Source: Octopus bimaculoides
Taxonomy: Eukaryota
DNA length: 64,000 bases
Direction: 5' to 3'
NCBI RefSeq assembly: GCF_001194135.2
Contig: NC_068987.1
Location: 42,100,020 to 42,164,019, forward strand
Numbering within the stretch: position 1 is the first letter of the stretch; each line of letters begins with the position of its first letter. The notes beneath the pieces are model-generated. The model ran no database searches, was not told the DNA's origin, and saw nothing but the letters and a program-made list of their open reading frames with translations. The position numbers and the translations under genes are program-made. Shown here in pieces: positions 26,502 through 37,254 of the stretch.

Positions 26502-26552
26502 CTCATCAGTTTTCATATCAAGCTCAGATTGAACTTTGAGCAACTGTGCAGT
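26502..26552 (-). CDS. TPR: TPR exon 7 (51 nt): TAQLLKVQSELDMKTDE
   Basis: tttgcag acceptor and GTAGAT donor. Aligns to TPR GNEILELKCNLENKKEE. Phase 0-0. Confidence 0.82.
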
Positions 26553-26689
26553 CTGCAAATAAAAAAAGAAAATCAAATACAGACATCATTAATATTATGC
26601 CAACTTGTTCTTTTTGTACGTACCTGTGGTGTGTGTCACTTACTTCAAAGGAAGAAGTGAGTGGCAAAGCAAGAGAGAGGAGGACAGAG

Positions 26690-26790
26690 GAAGTAAGAGA
26701 GAAAGCAAGAGTGAGGGAGATAGAGAGTGAGAGAAAGAGAGAGAGAGTGAGAGAAAGAGAGAGAGTGAGAGAGAAAGCGGGAGAGTGAAA
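26690..26790. repeat. (GA)n purine-rich microsatellite
   Basis: Visible GAGA arrays. Confidence 0.9.
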
Positions 26791-26999
26791 GAGACAATGA
26801 GTGGTGACAGCATTCGTTTTGTGTTTTTAAATGTTTATCACATTGCAAGTAGTTACATAGATACTCATTAAATTAAAAGTGGGAGAGAGGAGGGACAGAG
26901 GAAGTGAGAGAGACAGTAGATATATAAATCGAAAGAGAAGTTGATACATAGCTAAAGAGACAGTAAATATTGGATGTCCCTTTCATTTTTCATTACCAC

Positions 27000-27615
27000 A
27001 CAAGGATAAAATTAACTTGCAAGTGGCTGAGTACTCCACAGACAAGCATATCATTAACGTAGTTCTCAGGGAGATTGAGCCTCACACAGAATATGGTAAG
27101 GCTGGCCCCTTTGAATTACAGCTACAACTCATTTTGGCCAGCTGAATGGACTGGAGCAAGATAAATCTTCAAGTGGTTAGAAGAAAACGAAAAAAAGATC
27201 CTATATAGGGGCAGGAAAATCTTTTTAGTCATTAGGGTCACTATGGGTGTTAATCTGGTCCTAACAGCAGCATTTATGGGTCTCAAAGATCTAGAGGCCA
27301 AGTCCCCAAATAAACACCCATGTGCAGGCTGTTGTTATCAAACTAAGCGGGAGTCGAGGACGAAGACACAATAGAATAGCAATTATTTTGTCTTAACTTT
27401 CATAGCCTATACTAAACACGAAACATTTTTGCCTGATGATATGGAACATTTCCTTTTTTTTTCACTCTTTTTTAAAAAATGACACTGTCAGTTATGACAA
27501 GGTTCCTGTTTATCTGATCAATGGAACAATCTGCTTGTGAAATTAATGCGCAAGTGGCTAAGTACTCCACACATGCATACCATAAGGTAGTTCTCGGGGA
27601 GATTCAGCCTCACAC
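27000..27615 (-). mobile_element. Two degenerate SINE body fragments (about 27000-27170 and 27490-27615), same family as 49693-50083
   Basis: Shared GCAAGTGGCTGAGTACTCCAC...GTAGTTCTC.GGGAGATT text. Confidence 0.7.
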
Positions 27616-28596
27616 ATGACTAAAAGAATAAAAGAATACTGGAAGAACATTCCATACCGTGAAACCAAGAAGGTTCTTTGAATATGTACAATGTATATTA
27701 AGGCTAAATAGTAATTGTTTACATTTGTGTAACTGATATTTTGGTTGGATTATACAGTTAACAGTTCAATACTTCTTTCTATATTCTGTAACTGTCACAA
27801 TATAGAAACATTTCTCATGGCACCAGCACACAATTTACAGATGCTTACACTTTTTATTTCGTTTTTGGTTTTGGTTTGCAAGATTCTTTATGTGAGTTCA
27901 TGTGTTGAAGCATATTCTGTTGTCTGGGGAAAGTCATTCTCTTTTAGTGCCTTATAATTTAACACACTCACTAGTAAAATTTCCACTTATTTTTTATTTT
28001 TCTAAAATTTTCGTAGTGAATTTTTCACAGGTCCAGCTAGTCATTATTATTATTCTTGTTGTCATCATTATTATTAAGGTGGCAAGTTGGCAGAAGTGTC
28101 AGCTCACCGGGCAAAATGGTTAGCAGCATTTCACCCGTCTTTACNNNNNNNNNNNNNNNNNNNNNNNNNNNNNNNNNNNNNNNNNNNNNNNNNNNNNNNN
28201 NNNNNNNNNNNNNNNNNNNNNNNNNNNNNNNNNNNNNNNNNNNNNNNNNNNNNNNNNNNNNNNNNNNNNNNNNNNNNNNNNNNNNNNNNNNNNNNNNNNN
28301 NNNNNNNNNNNNNNNNNNNNNNNNNNNNNNNNNNNNNNNNNNNNNNNNNNNNNNNNNNNNNNNNNNNNNNNNNNNNNNNNNNNNNNNNNNNNNNNNNNNN
28401 NNNNNNNNNNNNNNNNNNNNNNNNNNNNNNNNNNNNNNNNNNNNNNNNNNNNNNNNNNNNNNNNNNNNNNNNNNNNNNNNNNNNNNNNNNNNNNNNNNNN
28501 NNNNNNNNNNNNNNNNNNNNNNNNNNNNNNNNNNNNNNNNNNNNNNNNNNNNNNNNNNNNNNNNNNNNNNNNNNNNNNNNNNNNNNNNNNNNNNNN

Positions 28597-28635
28597 CAGT
28601 TGCTTAATCTCTTCAGAAAATCTTTCTTTTTGGTA
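28597..28635 (-). CDS. TPR: TPR exon 6, visible 5' part only (YQKERFSEEIKQL); the rest lies in the N-gap 28145-28596
   Basis: ttcttag acceptor at 28637-28636. 13 open codons resembling TPR YREKRLEQEKELL run into the gap. About 75 more nt are expected by homology. Confidence 0.85.
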
Positions 28636-31068
28636 CTAAGAATATAAAGAAATTAATGCAAAAGAATAAATTAAAGTATAAAAAATAAACAAAACAAGAA
28701 TGGTATTTTCAATGTATATTCATATATTTGTGAGTCTATGTGTATATATGAATTTTATATATATATAAATAATTCATATATACACATGTATATATATGTA
28801 TGTATATATATATATATATACACATATATATATATATATACACACCAATGAAAAGACATGGAAAATTCTTTAACACATCTTTAATTATAAGTATACACAC
28901 ACACAGAGTCAGTTCTATTACACAATTCCAATTTTATTCAGCTTAAGCAGCATTACTACAAACCAGTATGTTGTTTACATGCTGCTTCTATATACTCCAG
29001 ACTGGCTGATTTGGAAGGGACACAAACTCATGACATTGAAAAGCAGTGAAATGTGCATCTGTTGCTCTCATCAACACTTTCAGAGCAATTTCGTTTCACC
29101 AAGCATGGAAGTATATTGTGTTTCTTGACACAACTCATCATTTCTCGAGACAAAAGTTCCTGCCATATTGGCTTCCAGGAACTACTAAGTCATTTTCAGC
29201 TCGCAGATCCATATAAGATGAAACACCCAAACGCTCCATTGTGGACATGGTCAAGTGGCAATGGGTCTTCCAGGTCGTACATAGATAAGATTTTAATTAG
29301 GAAAGCAGATAAGAATATAGCTAAGTGTCCACAGTTTTATCCAGTCAGCTACAGTGATCATAAGACGGTCACTTGTGAGTTGAACCTAGATAAGGTATAT
29401 AGTCAAGGATCTGGCTACTGGAAACTCCTTCTCGCGATTGAGGAGTACATAAAGTGGATTAAGTTGTTAATACAGAGGGCATTAACAGGAGCCATCATTA
29501 ATAACAAATGGTGGTATGCCCTCAAATGAGCCGTTAAATTCAAGTCTATTCGATATAACATAAGTTTAGTGGCTAGTGAACGTAAGCAGGAACAGGGTTT
29601 AGTTAAGGCTTTAGAGGAAGCCATAAGGACTGGCAGTGCAACCCAGGTGAAGAAACTGAAACTAAACCAAGCACATGGAGTGCATTGTCAGGGCTAGACT
29701 ACGTGCAGTGGGTTGCAAGGAAATCAAGGCCGCTGGATGGGCCCAAGTGGTGGAAACCCAACATGGAAATCATTCCACAGTTCGATCTTTGATAAACAAA
29801 CCCGAGAAGATGTGTGAGGCCTTGCAGGAGCACTTCGTCCAGCTTCTTGGGGGAGAGTGATGGACCAGATAATAGGAGGGACCCAACGGAATTCTTCACT
29901 GGGTTGCTGTCCCTCTCGGGGCAGGATACAGTCTTCTGAAGGGCCGATCACACCTGAGGAGGTAACTGAGGCAGACTGTGGTGAAGGTAAATCACTGGGA
30001 CTGGATGGTCTACCCTACGAGTTGTATAAGAGTATGCAGGACTGCTGGCCAGTGTGTACACGAACTGGCAACAGAATGGGTTAATTCCCAAATCTGTACG
30101 CCGGGGAGTGGTGACACTGATCAAAAGGACCCAGAGAAGTGGGATTGTATAAATAATTTCCAGCCCATCACTCTACTAAATATAGAGTTGAAGATTTTGG
30201 CCAAGGTGCTAGCAAAAAGGTTGGCACATGTTGCAGATGGTCTGATCAAGGAGGCACTGACATGTGCCATTCCCGGCAGAAGAATTCAGGACAATCTCCA
30301 CCTTCTATGCTACACCTTAGAGGGGTTTGAGAGTAATTCCAGCAAGGGTGGGGCAGTGGTCCATCTAGACCAAGCTAAGGCTTTCGATAGGGTTGACCAT
30401 CATTACCTGGTGTCTGTTCTTGCACAGTTTGGCCTAGGTCTTAACTCAATCGTTCGGGTGAACGGTTTTCTGTCAAAACCGTTCTGAATCAAACACTCGG
30501 TTCACCAAGTGTGTCCACTCTCACCACTTTTGTATGTGATGGCTCTTGAGCCGCTACTGCGAAAGTTGAGTGGCATCCCAAGAGGGCCAGGCAGTGGAGA
30601 GCTGGTTTCAGCTTATGCAGATAACATCACCATTGTCGTGACCAAAATGGTACACCTACAGAGGGTAGGAAAGGCCATTGAGGTTTACAAGACAGTGGCA
30701 GGTACAAAGACTAATCAGGATAAGTCAGTTGCCTTGCGACTCGGCACCTAAACGGGCAAGTCGTTGCCTCCAGACAGCGTCATGGGACGTTGGACATAGG
30801 GCCCGGTTAAGTTGCTAGGAGTCTGGTTTGGCCCAAATCTCCAGGTAGAAAAGAACTGGGCTGAGGTTTTGATTAGGGTGGACCACATAGCCAAGACCTG
30901 GTCTGGGTGGTGGCTATCCCTGAAAGGGAGGGCAGAGGTGACCAATGTGTTCATCGCATTGGTCATCACTTACCGCCTAACCGTCATTCCTTGCCCAGAT
31001 TCGTGGTTGACCAAGTTGGAAAGACAGCTCTTTCGCTTTTTGTGGAAGGGCTCAAAACCACTTGTGAG

Positions 31069-31318
31069 GTGAAGTGGTTAAGAGCGCGGACTACTAACGC
31101 CAAGATTCCGAGTTCAATTCCAAGCAGTGACCTGAATGATAATAATAATAATAGTAATAATAACAATAACATCGAAAAATACCTAAGAAATGAGAACCCA
31201 GGTTCGAAATTTCCATAAGACGCCTGATGAAGGCTGGAAGGTATATCAGCTGAAACGTCATGTTAACAATGAACAAGATGAGGACAAATATCTGTCAAAT
31301 GTAAATTATGTAAATAAT
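31069..31318 (+). mobile_element. Composite SINE: tRNA-like head + (AAT)n + Penelope-like tail with hammerhead motif
   Basis: AGTGGTTAAGAGC and B-box GTTCAATTC (31112-31120). CTGATGA at 31224-31230, GGCTG/CAGCT stem, GAAACGTC. Confidence 0.75.
31219..31264 (+). ncRNA. Minimal type-I hammerhead ribozyme-like motif (probably degenerate)
   Basis: CUGAUGA, extra A, stem II, GAAA, palindromic ACGU stem III, GUC triplet and partial stem I (GACGC/AUGUU). Confidence 0.6.
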
Positions 31319-32714
31319 GTTCTATCTGCTGTCAAAAACTGTAAAAGGGAGGACTAGGGATGCCTTGGATGTTGATGCGCAAACATGCACTGAGGTTGAG
31401 GCATCTTTGGCTCCTCCTGGATAGTGAATGGGTGTGGTCACCACTGGCGAAACGGATGTTTCCCACATTCACTAAGTTTCGGTGAACAGGAAGCCTGGTG
31501 CTATCAAAGATCTAAGTTGGGTACATAGTGTACGGAGTGTCGCAAGGCACTCCTGCTATTCCGTTCCTTGGGCAATGCCAGCAGTGGTAGTTCAACCGCA
31601 TCTTTCTATAGTGGTTTGGTAGAGGATGGATGTAACAATACCCTGGGGGTGACCCTGGGTTTTGAGGATAATCAACTAGACAGTCTGTTCCAACATACAT
31701 TTGGGCCGAAGACACTGGATCATTTCCAAAAGTCTTTGGCCTGACAATGCTACTGAGGAGACTTGCCTGTTTGGGATAAGATTGCAAGACACTATCAATG
31801 CGACACACCGATCTGTCCAAGATGCAGGCAGGAATGAGTAACTGTCCTGCATGCTATTGTTCAGTGCTCAGAGATGTTGGAAGTGTGGACTTATGCGGAA
31901 CATATGTTGTCTGATACAGGAAGAGAACAGCTATCAACTGAGTCAATTTTAAAAATTCACCCACCGTATTTCCTGATGAAAGAAGGTAAGAAATGTTTCC
32001 TCATAGTAGTCGCAATCGCGAAAGAGGCACTATGGAAGATGAGAATGAAAGGAGTAATGACAGGCAGCTTCACCTCTGGCCTCAGTCTGCAAAGATATTT
32101 CACTTTTCATTTGAAAAGGAAAGTGAGGCCTGTCAGAGAAAATGTTTCATGATAGATGGAAGTATGTGGTATGAGTGTAACCATGTGAACATGACAAAGA
32201 TCTATCACCGGTATCAGTGGTGGATTGGGGCTCGTGGGGTCAGGAGCTTTATTCAACCTTCACTCCACTTGATCTGTATATCATCCGTGTATATATTTTG
32301 TATTTAATTTTTAATCGCATCTTAATGTTATATCATATGTGTTCATCTGACCTCAAAATCAGATTGCGTTGTCCCCTAGTGGGCAATAAAAAAAATCAAT
32401 GTATCAAGAATGTAATTTTATGAGGTTACCTTTCCTGATAAAGGGGACATTGTCCACAAGGTTTGTAAGATTTATTAATATTTCTACCAGGACATGAGCT
32501 CTAGAAACGGGCATTGAAAGTGAACCTCCTCGAACTGTATTATATACCTTATATACCATTTTATTTTTTTGAAATCACACCAAACTCTATGGATCTTTTA
32601 ATTGAAACTCTTAACTGCTCTTAACTTCAGTACAAAAAGTTTTTGCACTCCTCTTTTTCTCACACTTCCTTTCATACATATCCCACATAGATTTTATTTA
32701 CATGTATTTTTTTA

Positions 32715-32749
<35 letters not shown>

Positions 32750-33378
32750 GTAAAAATTAACACTTCCTTCTCCAAGTCAAGATTCGCTGCCACGATCCTT
32801 ATAAATTCAGTGGTCAACAAGACAGAGAGAAGAGAAGGGCCTAGCCAGCGAATGAGAAAGTTCTACAAGAGCTTTTCGCATAGACCCAGAGCAATGTTCG
32901 AAGTTCCACAGTAGACTACTGTATCAGATGAACTACGTACACACACACACAAACATATATTTGTTGCTGACATATCAGTTCCACAGATGTACTCTGTTTC
33001 TATTTCTAGCAACTGTAGCAGTTATCAACATTTTGCATGTAGTGAAGAATTGTGTACCAACCATAAATTAAGTCCAGTGAATAAATTATTTTAATCATGA
33101 ATCAATTCACGCATTTCAAGTTGAATTTATAAATATATGAGTATGATTGCCTAATTTGAGTTTATATCATATATGCTTTCCTGAAACTTAGTACAGTAAA
33201 GTGACTGCAAATGGGAATCAAAGCTAGCTTACCAAGAACTGATGACAATTTGAGGGACATTTTTGAAAGGAACTGGAGAAAATATAATTGTCAAAAGTAA
33301 ATTTTAAAATTAATATGATGTTAAAGAAATAAAAAGGTGGGAGGGAGGAGACACGAAAAGACAGAAAAGTTAGTTCAC

Positions 33379-33482
33379 CTTAGCAATAATGTCGTTACTG
33401 TGGAATTCTTCAACTTTTGCAAGAGCTTCTGATTTAGCTCGATTAGCTTCAGAGAATTTCTCTGATAATTCTTTACACTCTT
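33379..33482 (-). CDS. TPR: TPR exon 5 (104 nt): (E)ECKELSEKFSEANRAKSEALAKVEEFHSNDIIAK
   Basis: ttcag acceptor and GTGAAC donor. Aligns to TPR EDVKRLNEKLKESN...DELQASDVSVK. Phase 1-0. Confidence 0.9.
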
Positions 33483-33858
33483 CTGAAATATAACACAGGT
33501 TTTTATGTTTAAAATAATTACAATTTCCAAAGAGAAATTTAAATGCAATTTTCTTATAAGCATACACATTCCTTGAAGTAATGCTCTACAAAGATTTCAC
33601 TTTGCAAAGAAATAAACTTCGCAGTGGAAGCTGTTTACTGAGATCACTGTGGGACAAAGTCTTTTCATTAACAACTGGCTGATGGCATTAAACAGATGAA
33701 CATTTAAGCATTATGAGACTATTCGTGACCTGTTGGATCACTGAGTTTCCCAGCAACGAAGTTTTGTTTTGTGGGGAGTTTTTTCCAGGTTATTTCGCAT
33801 GCTTTCAACAAATGTGACATCAAAATCACACGTAAACAGCTCCTTTCCCCAGGAAAGG

Positions 33859-33975
33859 AAAGATTTGGCTGCTATTTCTTGCATACCCTGCTACCACTTA
33901 ACATATTTCGGGTCCTTTATTGCAAATAGCTGTTACGTGGTAGCAAGGCATGCTACAAATAGCTGCCAAATCTTT
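33859..33975. mobile_element. Hairpin MITE-like element, 45-bp arms
   Basis: AAAGATTTGGCTGCTATTT...CCACTTAACA vs TGTTACGTGG...AAATAGCTGCCAAATCTTT. 6 mismatches, 27-nt loop. Confidence 0.7.
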
Positions 33976-35333
33976 GGAGGTGAGATACGTTGAATGCACT
34001 TGAAAAAAACCTATGGCAAAAAACTTTCACACCGAAGTTACAAACAAAATATTTACCGTATTTTTAAAGTCATTTTCACTTTGAAATATTTTTCAAATAT
34101 GCCAAAAAAAATTTTTTGTAATGGTATTCCCTTGAAAATAATTTTAAAAAGCATCAAAATATAAATACTTACTGCACAAACAACTTACATTTTTGAAATC
34201 ACATTCACTTAAAAATATTTCTATATGATTAAAATAATGTGTTTAACAAAAGTGAAAACAGAAACATTTACAGTAAAAAACAAATCTTATTTTTCGTTGT
34301 CAAGTCACTGTCTTATCAAAAGATAAGAGTTTCTTCACTTTCGGGATTAAGATTATTTTCAGAATATTTTCCCATTATGCACTATTTTAGGTATTTATAC
34401 CCCATAAACCTCTAATATCTCAAAAACCACTTGTACAATTTACACAAAACTTGTTTTATTCCGTTTGTATTAACATTTCAGGGTAAACTTAATTCGTAAT
34501 ATTTTCCCATTGTGCACCAGTTAGGTTGTGTAGCATTGTAAGCAAGCAAGCAAGATTCAAACTGACTTTTAATATTTTATACATTTAAGCAATATGACAG
34601 CAATAATCATGAAAAAGACTCTCAGTTAGTTGAGGTCTTTTGGAGGCTCTTATGACTGAAGAAGTTTGGGAGTTTATATAATTGGATTAAAGTTATTGTA
34701 ATCTAAATTTCTGGAAATAGAATAAAGTACTTCAAGACTGATAAGGATCAGAAGAGTAATGATTAGACAGAATGTTTGCCATGAAGTGTTGGGGACATGT
34801 GTTTGCATTGAAGAGTTTTATTAGGATGTGAGAAAAGTTTGGAATTAATAAGTTTCAAGAAAAAGCTTACTCATTAGGCAAATACAATTTTTTTCCCCCT
34901 CAATTTATCAGTACTAAGTCTTACATCCTGTAGACTCTAAGAAATTGATGTCCTAATTGAGAGGAAAATATATTTCTCATTTAGTCAACATAAAGCTGGA
35001 GCAAATATACAGCTCCAGAGTTACTGTTTAGCAGATATGAAATGTAAGAAATATAATGGTTGTAGGGGAAAGGTGTTAACCCCTAAACTGCTAACTACAT
35101 GGTCACAAGTTCAAAGCCATTGAATTTACGCCTGAGCATGGCACACAACTCTATAAGCTAAGTTACAGGTTTACCTGACTGGAAAAAAGAAAATAGATTC
35201 TATTCTAAGTAATAAGAAGAGCAATAAAAGATAGGATTTCTTCTTTGTTTGTTTTACTTATTGTAGCTGCAAAAAAAACTGTCATCTGAACAAATATTTA
35301 TTTTATGTATGAATACAATATATTGAAACTTAC

Positions 35334-35430
35334 CATTTAGACGATCAACTTCTTTTGATCTCTTCTCTAGTAGTATGGCCAACTCCTTCTTCTCGGCTTC
35401 CAATTGCTCATTTGATTTACTAAGTTGAAT
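35334..35430 (-). CDS. TPR: TPR exon 4 (97 nt): IQLSKSNEQLEAEKKELAILLEKRSKEVDRLN
   Basis: AG/GTAAGT sites. EQLEAEKKEL matches TPR EELEAEKRDL. Phase 0-1. Confidence 0.93.
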
Positions 35431-37254
35431 CTTCAAAATACAACATTAATTATATTACTTTTTTTTTAATGGAGAACATTTACTTACAACAATTTGTATG
35501 TTCATGCAAAACTGATTAGAAAAACAAATCTTCAAAATGAGACACCTGTACCAAAATTAGGACTTCAATCATTATAGATGGGGTAGTTTTCTACAGTATT
35601 CTACATTCTATAATATAATCATCATTATCTTTTAATCCATGCTGGTTGAATATAAGAACATAATAGTTGATACAGATATATGTTAAGTTCCTTATGAACA
35701 AAAGGGGCCATATTTTATCAAAACAATTCACTATAATCCCTCAAGTCAAGGTAATCACTTGGTTAGCTAGAAATAGCAGGCAATCTCCCTCAAAGCACAC
35801 TTTATCTTAAAAAAGATGGGATTGTCAATGTCTGTCAACCTGGAGTGAACTCAGCAACATCAGGTAAGAATGCTGTTAGTGACTAAAATATATTGAAACT
35901 ACAAGGTTACATCTTTAGTGTGAGTGTGAGTGTGTGTGTGTGTGTGTGTATGTGTGTGTGTGCATGTAGAAGAGGAAGGTTTATACTTTGTTGAATTATC
36001 CTCATCAATTCACTGTATTTTATTGATGACCAGGAAGTGGCCACTTATCATATTGGAATAATAACAGATCCTATGAGATGTAAAATAATGACAGAGAGAC
36101 TATTTTGAAGGGGGGAATACTTTACTATCAATAAATACTCTCATAAAAATAACACGGCTTGATTAATTCTGAAATTTCAATCAAGTCTTCCTGTTATAGA
36201 AATGAGTGACATATCAAAATGTTATTTGTACATTTTAAAATTTGTCAGGTATGACCCACATGCTAAGAAGATCATGTAGTTTTTGAATGCTATCATCTGC
36301 ACAATACATGCAGCAGATAGAAACATCTAGTGAAACATTATGGCTTTCTGTTAGTTAATGAAGTCAACGAGAAAACCAGTAACTAGCTGAATTCCTCAGA
36401 CAGCAATTTCATCTCCATCATTTTGACAGGATCTAATGAGCTGGAAGAATGTGTCAAGTTCCAATGTCTGTTTAAGCATGATTTCTAAAGCTGGGTGCCC
36501 TTCTGAATGATACCCACTTTACAGAGTGTATTGGGTGCTTTTTTTTTTTTTTTTTTTTTTTTTGTGATACCAACTCTAGTAAGGTCATCAACTCTCAAGA
36601 CAAAAGAAAAAGTCCCTTTACTGACAAGTACATGGAAGAAATGCCTTTATGCTAGGTATTGAGAGGCATAAGTATGATAGTGTGACAAGCACAAATATCT
36701 TGCTATCCATTCCCGTTGCAAAATGCTTGAGATAAATTTAAAATTAAAATGTACATGTATATTAATTTAGTATTAATATTTTAATGATAAGAATAATAAT
36801 TACTATTAAATACTACGGCTTTCCCTCCGAGCCCAACTAGCTATATGGTGCATAAGCTTAGTTAACACAAGGGATGTGCTCAACATCCATTTTGCACACT
36901 TGTTACAACCACCCACCCTCCCCCACCACCAACATTTTAATTTGCACATTAACATTTTCACCTGGCAATTCATACGTTTCATGTGCTGTGTGTGTGAATA
37001 CATATTTTGAGCATACCCTTATACCCACTCCTTATAACCCTCATAAACCTGATGTGTGTCGTATACAGTTAAAGGTTCTTCATATATGAAAAGACATATA
37101 ATACTTAAATTACCCTATGTAACCACCCTATTCTCATACCCACTAGTTGGCTCTTGCTCTAAATGTTGGATGAGGTAGGGGAAACTGTGGTTCTTTGTAC
37201 TTCACTGACTAAACTCTGTATCAAAGCTCAATGCAGGCTGCCAAGCTTTTCCAG

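Larger units (their letters stand above)
29100..32395 (+). mobile_element. Decayed L1/Tx1-clade LINE ORF2 (EN end, RT, C-terminal CCHC) with 3' tail, interrupted at 31069-31318
   Basis: RSYIDKIL, SDHK and GSGYWKL. GLDGLPYELY, NFQPITLLNIELKIL, LDQAKAFDRVDH, CPLSPLL and YADN. Ends in GGGCAATAAAAAAAATC. Confidence 0.9.

Noticed and set aside
31069-31125. tRNA genes here and at 49693 and 12290
   Set aside because: No complete cloverleaf or acceptor stem, and each is followed by a SINE body.
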